Below are positions 1 to 8,737 of a DNA stretch of 64,000 nt, one piece after another. Each line of letters starts with the position of its first letter. Position 1 is the stretch's first letter. Source of the DNA: Candidatus Undivivens industriae (GTDB lineage: Bacteria > Omnitrophota > Gorgyraeia > Gygaellales > Profunditerraquicolaceae); NCBI GenBank assembly GCA_012514745.1, contig JAAYZR010000002.1, positions 40,962 to 104,961 of the forward strand, in the 5' to 3' direction. The translations under genes and the position numbers were made by a program. Below the pieces are notes generated by a model that saw only the letters and a program-made list of their open reading frames with translations, was not told the origin of the DNA and did no database searches.

Positions 1-2
1 AG

Positions 3-155
3 ATAAATCCGGAGTATCTATTCCTGGATATAAAACTTCAGGCGCTTGAGAAAGCCATCGTTAAGGAACTGGGTAACGAGGAACTGCGGCGCATAAAGAA
101 TCTCTACGAGCAGGAGATGTCGGAAAGAATACTCCATTCCAGGGACGAAAAGTAG
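3..155 (+). CDS. 3' end of an unidentified protein (partial, runs off the left edge)
   Basis: Open frame reading INPEYLFLDIKLQALEKAIVKELGNEELRRIKNLYEQEMSERILHSRDEK to TAG at 153-155, 27 nt before the next gene. Confidence 0.6.
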   Translation: MNPEYLFLDIKLQALEKAIVKELGNEELRRIKNLYEQEMSERILHSRDEK

Positions 156-182
156 ATTTTTATTCCGTGAAAGGCCGCAGTA

Positions 183-1100
183 ATGATAATAGACGCCCAT
201 TGCCATTGGCTGCCCGAAGAAATAATCACCAACGCGCATTTTTTCTCCAGGGCCTGGGGAGATATCGAGGCGGGACTTGCTTCCATGGAGGCTAACGGCA
301 TAGATGCCGCGGTCCTGACGTATCCTTCCAGCGACGCGCACCTAAAGCTGGGAGGTTACGCGGCGGCGGCGGAGATATTCAACGCCAACCTTGCTCTCCT
401 GGTAAAAAAGTATTCCGGCAGGATCATCGGTTCCGCGGTCCTGCCTTTCGGCGACGGAGAGGCCATGGCCGATACGGTGCGCCGCGCCCACGAAGAGCAG
501 GGGCTGCGCGCCGTTTCCCTGGCGAGCAGTTACGCGGGTGTATTCCTGGATGACGCTGTCTTCGGGCCCGCTTACCGGGCTGCCGCCGACGCCGGCATGC
601 CCGTATTCGTGCATTCTCAGACGGTATCGCCGGCCGGCAGCGATAGGGTGTCGGATCCATTGCTTACGCCGGTGGTGGAATACATTTTCGACATCACGCT
701 CTGCATAGGGAAGATGCTTATGTCCGGTCTCCTGCGCGAGTATGCCGGAGGGATAAAATTCATTTTCGCCAATTCCGGCGGCGCGGTGCCTTATCTCGCC
801 GCCCGTTTTGACGACACCTACAGGATGTTGCGCGGAGTGGATTTCGTCAAGGACCTCGGCTCCGATCCTTCGGAGCAGCTGCGCGGCATATACGTGGATA
901 CCGGGGGAGAAAGAGAAAGCGCCGCCTTGCTCCCCGCCCTTAAGTTCTTCGGACCCGACAGACTGCTTTGGGGCAGCGATTGGCCGGCGAAGAAGGATCC
1001 TGCGCCTTCCCTGAGAGCGGTTAAGGGCCTCGGGTTGGGGATGAAGGACGAAGAAAGAATAACGGGAGGGACTCTCGCTTGCCTCTTGGGTATTTCATAG
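183..1100 (+). CDS. Amidohydrolase_2 family metallo-hydrolase/decarboxylase (ACMSD/LigW/IDCase-like)
   Basis: N-terminal IIDAHCH metal motif, VFVH, C-terminal LLWGSDWP. Confidence 0.85.
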   Translation: MIIDAHCHWLPEEIITNAHFFSRAWGDIEAGLASMEANGIDAAVLTYPSSDAHLKLGGYAAAAEIFNANLALLVKKYSGRIIGSAVLPFGDGEAMADTVRRAHEEQGLRAVSLASSYAGVFLDDAVFGPAYRAAADAGMPVFVHSQTVSPAGSDRVSDPLLTPVVEYIFDITLCIGKMLMSGLLREYAGGIKFIFANSGGAVPYLAARFDDTYRMLRGVDFVKDLGSDPSEQLRGIYVDTGGERESAALLPALKFFGPDRLLWGSDWPAKKDPAPSLRAVKGLGLGMKDEERITGGTLACLLGIS

Positions 1101-1135
1101 AGAAAAGGACCGGAACAACAGCAAGGAGCGATGTT

Positions 1136-1885
1136 ATGAAAATGGTGAAAGACGTGCATTTGACCGGCAAGGATCTTGCCGAGATGGTCCAGCTCAGGCC
1201 GCAGGACGTCGGCAAATACGCCGTCGTGCCCGGGCCCCGCGACAGGCTGGACGTTCTGATGAAGAAAATAGAAGAGCCGGTGCGCAATTTCTCTTTCATG
1301 GAATATACCATGTATACCGGTACATACAAAGGGGTCAAGATTACCGCCATAAACGGCGGCAGGTTTTCTACAGATACAGCCATCACCTCCGAGGTGATCT
1401 GCCACGCCGGCATAAAGAACGTCATCCGCATCGGTACCTGCGGCGCGCTGGACGAGAAGATGAAGGTCGGAGACCTGGTGGTGGCCGATACCGTACTAAG
1501 GGGCGACGGCGTCACTCCCTATTATGTGGACGATTCTTTCGTCACCAGGGCGGACAAAAAGCTTTCCGACATACTTGTCGCGTCGGCTGCCGTCGCGGGG
1601 GCGGCCGTGCACCGCGGCTGCGTCTGGAGTACCGACGCCCTGCTGCGAGAGACCAGGGAGATAGTGGAGGACAAGCGCGGCAAAGGGGCGGTGGCAGTGG
1701 ACATGGTTTCTTCATCACTGTTGACCATAGCGCAGTTCTATGGCGTGCGCGCGGCCTCTATTCTGGCGGTCAGCGACCACGTTATCACCGGAGAAATGGG
1801 TTTTATGAATCCATTGTATTATATGGCGGAAACGAAATTGATAGAAATAGCGCTGGCGGCGGTACTGCAGATGGAAGGGAAGTGA
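1136..1885 (+). CDS. Nucleoside phosphorylase (PNP_UDP_1; uridine/purine/MTA phosphorylase-like)
   Basis: VVPGPRDR, IRIGTCGAL, VWSTDA, AVDM motifs; start moved to ATG 1136 behind AAGGAG at 1123-1128. Confidence 0.85.
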   Translation: MKMVKDVHLTGKDLAEMVQLRPQDVGKYAVVPGPRDRLDVLMKKIEEPVRNFSFMEYTMYTGTYKGVKITAINGGRFSTDTAITSEVICHAGIKNVIRIGTCGALDEKMKVGDLVVADTVLRGDGVTPYYVDDSFVTRADKKLSDILVASAAVAGAAVHRGCVWSTDALLRETREIVEDKRGKGAVAVDMVSSSLLTIAQFYGVRAASILAVSDHVITGEMGFMNPLYYMAETKLIEIALAAVLQMEGK

Positions 1886-2817
1886 TGAGATTCTCTCCGT
1901 TATTCTGGCCGGTATTTTTGAAGGGAAAAGAGCTCTGCGTTTTGGATGAGACGTCTCTTCCCAGAGCGCCCCAATACCTTAACGTTACGGGTTACCGTCA
2001 GTCGGTGCGCGTGATCAGGCGTATGCAGACCAGGGCGATCGGGCAGGTATTGCTGGTGATGTATACTTTTCTCCTGGAGATCAAGAAAAACGGGGGTAAA
2101 TTGAGCGTCCAGGATTTGAAAAAGATCGCGCAGGCGCTGAATTCGGCGCGCCCCACGCTGCCGTTCAAGATGCTTACCGGCATGGTGCTGGGCTGGGCGC
2201 AGGCCGGAGAACCCGTGGAGCAGAGGATTTCAGGTTTTCTGGAAAAACTGAAGTCTGCGAGAATAGAGCAGGCCGGGGAAGCAGCCGCACTCTTCGAAGA
2301 CGGGGATAGCGTGCTTACGCATTGCAATGTCAGCGGGCTGCTGCCTTTGATAGCGGAATTATGCAGAAATAAAGGTAAAAGTATATCTTTTTACGCCACA
2401 GAGACCAGGCCTTACTGGCAGGGAAGCCGGCTGACGGCGTGGGAACTGAAAAAAGCCGGAGTGCCTGTTACCGTGATAACAGACGGCATGGCGGCGCAGG
2501 TGATGAAAGAAAGAAGGGTAAATAAGATCATTACTGGAGCGGACCACCTTGCGTTAAACGGGGACATCGCCAACAAAATCGGCACATTACAGCTGGCAAT
2601 TTGCGCGAAATATTTCGGGGTCCCTTTTTACGTGCTTTGTCCGCCTCCATCCCAAGCCGCGTGCGGAGAAGATATAAAGATCGAGGTCAGGCCGGGCAGG
2701 GAATTGTTGTCTTACCGCGGACTGAGGCTTGCCCCGGCCGGGGTGAATGCTTATTATCCGGCTTTCGACGTCACGCCGGCGGGACTGATCACTAAACATA
2801 TCCATATGAGGTTTTAA
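1882..2817 (+). CDS. mtnA: Methylthioribose/5-deoxyribose-1-phosphate isomerase-like (eIF-2B family), divergent
   Basis: ARPT, LTHCN, ETRPYWQGSRLTAWEL, GADHLALNGDIANKIGT, PAFDVTP motifs. Confidence 0.8.
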   Translation: MMRFSPLFWPVFLKGKELCVLDETSLPRAPQYLNVTGYRQSVRVIRRMQTRAIGQVLLVMYTFLLEIKKNGGKLSVQDLKKIAQALNSARPTLPFKMLTGMVLGWAQAGEPVEQRISGFLEKLKSARIEQAGEAAALFEDGDSVLTHCNVSGLLPLIAELCRNKGKSISFYATETRPYWQGSRLTAWELKKAGVPVTVITDGMAAQVMKERRVNKIITGADHLALNGDIANKIGTLQLAICAKYFGVPFYVLCPPPSQAACGEDIKIEVRPGRELLSYRGLRLAPAGVNAYYPAFDVTPAGLITKHIHMRF

Positions 2818-2819
2818 AA

Positions 2820-3833
2820 ATGGCGCGAAAATTCACCAGGGAAACGGCCGAGGCGGAAGTGATAGAGACCGGAAAAGAGCTTTACCGCTGCGGTATGGCT
2901 GTGGCGGCTTCCGGCAACCTGAGCGTGAGGCTCGATGATAAGCGTATCATTATCACCGCCTCCGGCAGCAGGCTGGGCAGGCTGTCCGCAGAAGATATGG
3001 TTTGCGTGGGATTGGTTTCCGGGCTCGCGGAGGAGGGCAGGGTCCCCAGTTCCGAACTACCGATGCACAGAATGATCTATGCGGAGTTCCCGGAGATAAA
3101 AGCCGTATTGCACTGCCATCCGCCTTTCGCCAACGGTTATTTCAGCGTCAGGGATTCTTTCAAACCGCTTACTTTCGAGGCATCTTTCTATCTCGGGGAT
3201 GTCCCGGTGGTGCCGCAGGACACTCCCACCGTGACCAGGCCTCAGGAAATCACCGCGGCCCTGCGGCAGGGGAATCTTATAGTGCTGAAGAACCACGGCA
3301 TAGTCTCGGCGGCCGGCGATATGGCAAAAGCCCTGGATCTCGCGCAGACTCTGGAGGAGTCAATAAAGACCGCGGCTCTGGCGCGTCTGTTTTCCTGCGG
3401 GATAGAGCCGACGCCCGCGGAAGCGCAAGCGGAACGAGCGGCGGCTCCCGGGGGAGCTTATCGGATGTTTTCCCCTGAGCACATAGACGCTATCGTTGGC
3501 CTGGTGAACCGCGACTCTTTTATCTCCGAAAAAGGCAGGGAACTGGAGCTTACTTTACAGCTTTCGGTGGTGCTGGACGATGACGGGACCGCCTATAAAT
3601 TCGTTTTCCGGCAGGGTCAGATTACTTCCGTTGAACGCAGCGCAGAAGCCCCGTTCGTGATCTCGGCCCCGGCATCAGCCTGGAGAGAAGTTTTCGCCGG
3701 CAGGCTCGACCCGTTCACGGCGGTGACGCAGGGGAAAATGAAACTTAAGGGCCAGCTCGGACAGCTTTCCCGCTGGTACGTTCCTTTCAGCAGGCTGTTT
3801 GAACTTTTCAAACAGGTGCCGGTATCCTCATGA
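2820..3833 (+). CDS. Class II aldolase/adducin domain fused to a C-terminal SCP2 sterol/lipid-binding domain
   Basis: GNLSVR, SSELPMH, HCHP, KNHG zinc ligands; C-terminal ...AWREVFAGRLDPFTAVTQGKMKLKG... is SCP2-like. Confidence 0.8.
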   Translation: MARKFTRETAEAEVIETGKELYRCGMAVAASGNLSVRLDDKRIIITASGSRLGRLSAEDMVCVGLVSGLAEEGRVPSSELPMHRMIYAEFPEIKAVLHCHPPFANGYFSVRDSFKPLTFEASFYLGDVPVVPQDTPTVTRPQEITAALRQGNLIVLKNHGIVSAAGDMAKALDLAQTLEESIKTAALARLFSCGIEPTPAEAQAERAAAPGGAYRMFSPEHIDAIVGLVNRDSFISEKGRELELTLQLSVVLDDDGTAYKFVFRQGQITSVERSAEAPFVISAPASAWREVFAGRLDPFTAVTQGKMKLKGQLGQLSRWYVPFSRLFELFKQVPVSS

Positions 3834-5314
3834 ACGCCAGGCTTTTTATAAACGGCAGGTTCGTTCACGGAGGCGCCAGAAAGACGGTAATCAATCCTTC
3901 CTGCGGCGTGCCGTTGTGCGAAGCGGAGTTGGCTCTGGAGCCGGAATTGGAAGCGGCTCTGGATGGCGCGCGCAGGGCGTTCGACTCAGGTCCCTGGAAA
4001 GACATTTCTTTGGATAAACGCCGGGAATGCCTTATGAAAATGGCCGCCGGTATCCGCGAACGCGCCGCTGAGCTGGCGCAGTTGGAGACATGGAACGCCG
4101 GCAAGCCGATAAAAGAAACCACCTTCATGGATGTTCCCTCTTCCGCCCAGGTCTTCGAAGAGACCGCCGCGCATTTCGAGGAGTATTTGAAGGATCCTGC
4201 GCCGGCGGGCCTTCCGCCGGAGGCCGACGGACGCCTGCTGCGCGAGCCGCTGGGAGTGGTCCTGCTGATCGTCCCCTGGAATTATCCGCTTTTAATCGCC
4301 TGCTGGAAACTCGCCTCAGCCCTTGCCGCGGGCAACTGCGTGATATTAAAACCTTCTTCGCTTACTCCTTTAAGCGCGATCGCCCTGGCAGAAATAGCCT
4401 GCGCGGCGGGTATACCGGACGGGGTGTTGAACGTAGTGAATTGCGAGGGGGGACTTGCGGGGAAGAAATTGTGTGCCGACCCCAGGGTCGACATGATATC
4501 TTTTACAGGAAGTAACGAAAGCGGGGGAGCCATTCTCGGCCATACCGCCGTTTCCCCGAAGAAGACGCTGATGGAACTGGGAGGGAAATCCGCAGCCTTG
4601 GTCTTCGCCGGCAGCGATCTGGAGACCGCGGTGAACAGTTGTCTTGTTTCCGTGTTTCTGAACCAGGGGCAGATGTGCACGGCGATGTCGCGCATACTGG
4701 TGGAAGAGAGCGTTTACGACGCCTTCTGCGCGAAGTTTGCCGCCGCAGCGGAGAAGATCGAGGTCGGCGACGCCGCAGATTTCCGGACGCAGATGGGTCC
4801 TTTGATATCGCAGGGGCAGAGGGAAAAGGTCGCTTCCTTTGTGGGGGAGGCGTTGAGCCGGAAGGCCAGGCTGCTCTGCGGCGGCAGAGCGCCGTCCGAA
4901 GAAAGTCTCCGCAGCGGGTTTTTTTACGAACCGACGGTGTTGGCGGGAGTGACCTCGGAAATGAATATCTTCCGCTGCGAGGTCTTCGGCCCGGTGGCGG
5001 CGCTGAACAGGTTCAAGAATCAGGAAGAGGCGCTGCGTCTTTGCAATGATTCCGATTACGGGCTGGCCGCTTCCATCTGGACGCGGGATGAAGGCGCGGC
5101 TTTAAAACTCTCCTCACGGATAAACGCCGGCACTGTCTGGATAAATACCTACGGGATGTTCTATCCCGGTCTGCCATACGGCGGGTTCAAAAAAAGCGGA
5201 TTCGGCAAAGAAATGGGGAGGGCGGGATTCCTGGAATATACGCGCCTGAAGAATGTGGTGCTGGATAGGAGCGAAGGCGGTAAACCCCTGGTGAGTTACT
5301 GGTACGGTTTTTAA
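3830..5314 (+). CDS. NAD(P)-dependent aldehyde dehydrogenase
   Basis: PWNYP, FTGS, MELGGKS, NQGQMC, EVFGPV, PYGGFKKSG. Confidence 0.95.
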   Translation: MNARLFINGRFVHGGARKTVINPSCGVPLCEAELALEPELEAALDGARRAFDSGPWKDISLDKRRECLMKMAAGIRERAAELAQLETWNAGKPIKETTFMDVPSSAQVFEETAAHFEEYLKDPAPAGLPPEADGRLLREPLGVVLLIVPWNYPLLIACWKLASALAAGNCVILKPSSLTPLSAIALAEIACAAGIPDGVLNVVNCEGGLAGKKLCADPRVDMISFTGSNESGGAILGHTAVSPKKTLMELGGKSAALVFAGSDLETAVNSCLVSVFLNQGQMCTAMSRILVEESVYDAFCAKFAAAAEKIEVGDAADFRTQMGPLISQGQREKVASFVGEALSRKARLLCGGRAPSEESLRSGFFYEPTVLAGVTSEMNIFRCEVFGPVAALNRFKNQEEALRLCNDSDYGLAASIWTRDEGAALKLSSRINAGTVWINTYGMFYPGLPYGGFKKSGFGKEMGRAGFLEYTRLKNVVLDRSEGGKPLVSYWYGF

Positions 5315-5394
5315 TCAAACCGCAGAAATCCCCGGTTCTCGTCCGAGGGGCTACACTCAAACCCAGGGATTACCGGTTTTATATAGGGAGAACA

Positions 5395-6918
5395 ATGAAC
5401 ATAGCGGCATTGTTGAAAGAACAGGCGCGGAAACATCCGGAAAAAACGGCTTTCGTTTTCCGGGGAGAAGAAGTTTCCTTCCGGGAACTTAAGGATAAGG
5501 TTTTTTCCGCGGCGGCGGCTTTGTCTGCCCACGGTATAGTCAAGGGAGACAGGGTGGCTTTATACCTGCCTGGCTGTCCGGAATACATCCTCAACTACCT
5601 GGCGGTGTGGGTTCTCGGCGCGACGGCGGTGCCGCTTGATTTTATGCTCACTTCGGATGAACTGCTCTCCTGCCTGGGACATTGCGAAGCTAAAACCCTG
5701 ATCATGCGCGAAAAGGCGGTGGTTTCAGCCTGCGGGTTGAAAGAAAAATTGCCCGCGCTTTCTTCGGTCTTCGTATGCAATCACAAAGATACGGTTTATC
5801 CGTCCGGCGTATTTCCGTTCAAGGAGCTCCCGGAAAAAGATTGCGCTATTTCCGGGTTTCCCGTCCCGGATGATTCCGATCCGGCTATAATATTTTATAC
5901 CTCGGGAACAACCGGCAAGCCTAAAGGAGTGATAGTCAATTACCGCCAGCTGGAAGCTCCGCCGAAAGCGATGGAGTATTTCGTGGAATTGAGCGGAGAA
6001 GACATAGCGCTCTGCGCTTTGCCTTTTTCTCACCTCGGCGGCTTGATCTATATCCAGGGCTGCCTCGTGTATTCGCTTACTTTCGTGCTTATGGAGCGTT
6101 TTATCCCCGCGGAATTCCTCAAGATCGTGCAGGAAAGGAGGATCACCTGTTTCTGGATAGTCCCATCCATGTATTACGCCCTGTTGCAGTTGAAGGAATT
6201 CGAGAGTTTCGATTTGTCCAGCCTGCGCTGGGTGGTTACTTTCGGCGCTTCCAGTTCTCCGGAAGCGCTGCGCAGGTTCCAGAAATTTTGCCCCGGCGCG
6301 CAACTTCTCAACGGCTGGGGTATGACCGAGACCAACGCCCCGACGGTGGTGCTTCCCAGGGGGTCGGCCAAGATAGAAAGCGTGGGCAGGCCGGCGCCGT
6401 GGGTTGAGATATGCATACTTGACGCAAACGATAAGCCTGCGCAGTCCGGCGCGGTGGGAGAAGTGGCGGTGCGCGGATGGGTGGTCACAGACGGTTATTT
6501 TAAGGACCCGGAGTTGACGGCCGAGAGTATGCGGGGAGGGTGGTTCCATACCGGGGATCTGGGGCGGATAGACGCAGAAGGGGACCTGTTCATCGTGGGT
6601 CGGAAGAAAGAGATGATCAAGGTAGGGGGAGAGATCGTTTTCGAGCCGGAAGTGGAATCCGTGCTGTTGCGTCATCCCGCGGTGGCGGAGGCCGCAGTGG
6701 TCGGCGTTCCGGATAAATTGCGCGGGGAGATCCCCAGGGCCTGGGTAGTGTTGAAACAAGACGCCGCTGTTTCTGCGGAAGACCTGCGCTATTTCTGCCG
6801 CGAACATCTGGCGCGTTTCAAGATCCCGCAGCAGATAGAATTCCTGCCCGCCCTTCCCAAGAACCGCTCCGGTAAGAACGATAAAGAACGCTTGCGCCTG
6901 CAGCCTGCCGGTAATTGA
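5395..6918 (+). CDS. Acyl-CoA ligase (class I adenylate-forming, long-chain fatty acid--CoA ligase-like)
   Basis: YTSGTTGKPKG, GWGMTE, TGDLG, PKNRSGK motifs. Confidence 0.92.
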   Translation: MNIAALLKEQARKHPEKTAFVFRGEEVSFRELKDKVFSAAAALSAHGIVKGDRVALYLPGCPEYILNYLAVWVLGATAVPLDFMLTSDELLSCLGHCEAKTLIMREKAVVSACGLKEKLPALSSVFVCNHKDTVYPSGVFPFKELPEKDCAISGFPVPDDSDPAIIFYTSGTTGKPKGVIVNYRQLEAPPKAMEYFVELSGEDIALCALPFSHLGGLIYIQGCLVYSLTFVLMERFIPAEFLKIVQERRITCFWIVPSMYYALLQLKEFESFDLSSLRWVVTFGASSSPEALRRFQKFCPGAQLLNGWGMTETNAPTVVLPRGSAKIESVGRPAPWVEICILDANDKPAQSGAVGEVAVRGWVVTDGYFKDPELTAESMRGGWFHTGDLGRIDAEGDLFIVGRKKEMIKVGGEIVFEPEVESVLLRHPAVAEAAVVGVPDKLRGEIPRAWVVLKQDAAVSAEDLRYFCREHLARFKIPQQIEFLPALPKNRSGKNDKERLRLQPAGN

Positions 6919-6940
6919 GCTTCCGCCGGCGAAGGAGTGT

Positions 6941-7981
6941 ATGCCCGATATAAAGGAGTTGTCTTTAGAGGAGTTGAAGGAACGGTTTAACGCCGCAGGT
7001 ATTCGGCCTTTTCACGCAGAACAGGTTTTTGCCTGGATATACAGGAAAATGGCCGGGACGTTCCGGGACATGAGCGACCTGCCGGCTTCCCTTAGGGAAT
7101 ACCTGTCTTCGGATTTTTCAATATACAGCTCCGTGGTCGCGCACAGACTGGTCTCCAGAGACGGAACCGTGAAGCTCCTTTCTGAACTGGCGGACGGGAA
7201 TATGATAGAATCAGTGCTTATCCCGGCGGAGCGCAGAATGACGGGATGTATTTCCGTTCAGGCAGGCTGCGGTCTGCGCTGCGCCTTTTGCGCCAGCGGA
7301 GCGCTTGGGCTGAAAAGGAACCTCAACTGCGGAGAGATACTGGAACAGGTCTGCCATCTGCAAAAAGAAGCCGGAGGCCGGCTCACTCATCTTGTTTTTA
7401 TGGGTACCGGCGAGCCGTTCAATAATTACGACAATCTTATCAAGGCCGTCCGGATAATCAATTCAAAGGAATCTTTTCATATCGGCGCCCGGCGCATTAC
7501 CATTTCCACATCCGGTATACTGCCGGGGATAGCCCGTCTTGCCGGAGAAGGACTGCAGGTTGAGCTTTCCGTATCTTTACACGCCGCGGATAATGAAATA
7601 AGGAGCCGGCTCATGCCCGTGAACGAAATCTATCCTTTGGCGCAGCTGCTGGCGGCCTGCCGGGTTTATTCGCGCAAGACAAGCAGGCAGGTGACTTTTG
7701 AATACATACTGATAAAAGGGATAAATTCCTCTTTGCCAAACGCGGTTAAATTATGTAGAATGTTAAAAGGGATGGGATGCAAGGTTAATCTTATCCCGCT
7801 TAATCCGTTACCGTCTATGGAATGGCGCCCGCCTTCCGCGGCGGAAACCGCCGTGTTCAGTTCATTCCTGCGCAAGCAGGGAATACAGGCCACGGTCAGG
7901 CAGCCGCGCGGGCGGGACATAGAAGCGGCCTGCGGACAATTAAGGCTGCAATACGCGCAGAACAGGCAGGTTGAGAGATGA
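6941..7981 (+). CDS. rlmN: 23S rRNA (A2503-C2)/tRNA methyltransferase RlmN
   Basis: CISVQAGCGLRCAFCASG, FMGTGEP, SLHA, EYILI, DIEAACGQL. Confidence 0.95.
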   Translation: MPDIKELSLEELKERFNAAGIRPFHAEQVFAWIYRKMAGTFRDMSDLPASLREYLSSDFSIYSSVVAHRLVSRDGTVKLLSELADGNMIESVLIPAERRMTGCISVQAGCGLRCAFCASGALGLKRNLNCGEILEQVCHLQKEAGGRLTHLVFMGTGEPFNNYDNLIKAVRIINSKESFHIGARRITISTSGILPGIARLAGEGLQVELSVSLHAADNEIRSRLMPVNEIYPLAQLLAACRVYSRKTSRQVTFEYILIKGINSSLPNAVKLCRMLKGMGCKVNLIPLNPLPSMEWRPPSAAETAVFSSFLRKQGIQATVRQPRGRDIEAACGQLRLQYAQNRQVER

Positions 7982-8646
7982 GTAAAGTCACAATAACGGG
8001 GTTCATATTTCGTATCTGTTCCTTCCTGGCGTTTCTTTTCTTTGCGGCCGGCTGCGTGGATTTTAATATCCGCAATCTCAACTCTTCCGGAAAGAACATA
8101 ATTTGCTTCGGCGACAGCCTGACCGCCGGCTATGGCGCCGAACCGAGTAGATCCTACCCGGTCATCCTGGCGGGTCTTACTTCATTTAACGTCATAAACG
8201 CTGGACTGTCGGCAGAGGATACGCGGGGAGCCCTGCGGAGATTAAAGACGGATGTCCTTGACAGAGAACCTGTTATGGTAATAGTAGAGTTCGGCGGCAA
8301 CGATCTTTTGAGTAAAATCCCTTTCGAGGAAACAGTCAAGAATATGCAGGAGATCATAGATAATATACAGGAAAGCGGCGCTATGGCAGCGGTAGTGGAT
8401 ATAAGCGTGGACCTTTTGATGGAGGAATATGGACAGGCTTTTCGTTCCCTTTGCCGGGAAAAAGGCGCCATTTTCATAAGGGACGTTATGGATGGGATAA
8501 TCACCGATCCGTCGCTGAAAAGCGATTATTTGCATCCAAACAGTTACGGCTACAGGATTATGGCACACCGTATATACCGCGCCGTCATGCCTTATTTAAA
8601 CCGTAACCTTATTGCCAGGGACATAGCGGCAGACAGGCCGCGCTGA
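7978..8646 (+). CDS. SGNH/GDSL arylesterase, probable lipoprotein
   Basis: FGDSLTAGYG, GGND, DYLHPN; lipobox-like FAAGC. Confidence 0.85.
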   Translation: MSKVTITGFIFRICSFLAFLFFAAGCVDFNIRNLNSSGKNIICFGDSLTAGYGAEPSRSYPVILAGLTSFNVINAGLSAEDTRGALRRLKTDVLDREPVMVIVEFGGNDLLSKIPFEETVKNMQEIIDNIQESGAMAAVVDISVDLLMEEYGQAFRSLCREKGAIFIRDVMDGIITDPSLKSDYLHPNSYGYRIMAHRIYRAVMPYLNRNLIARDIAADRPR

Positions 8647-8662
8647 CAACCGACTATACTGA

Positions 8663-8691
8663 TTGTTTTTACACACAAAATAGGGTATAAT
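8663..8691 (+). promoter_or_regulatory. Probable sigma70 promoter of the pilin locus
   Basis: TTGTTT-17 nt-TATAAT in an AT-rich intergenic stretch. Confidence 0.5.
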
Positions 8692-8737
8692 TTATATAAA
8701 CGGACTTATTTATGACTTTTATAATATATAGGAGTAT

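Noticed and set aside
1136-5314. Fluoroacetate/halometabolite biosynthesis
   Set aside because: The enzyme order matches, but no SAM-dependent fluorinase or chlorinase is visible. The partial upstream ORF cannot be identified.
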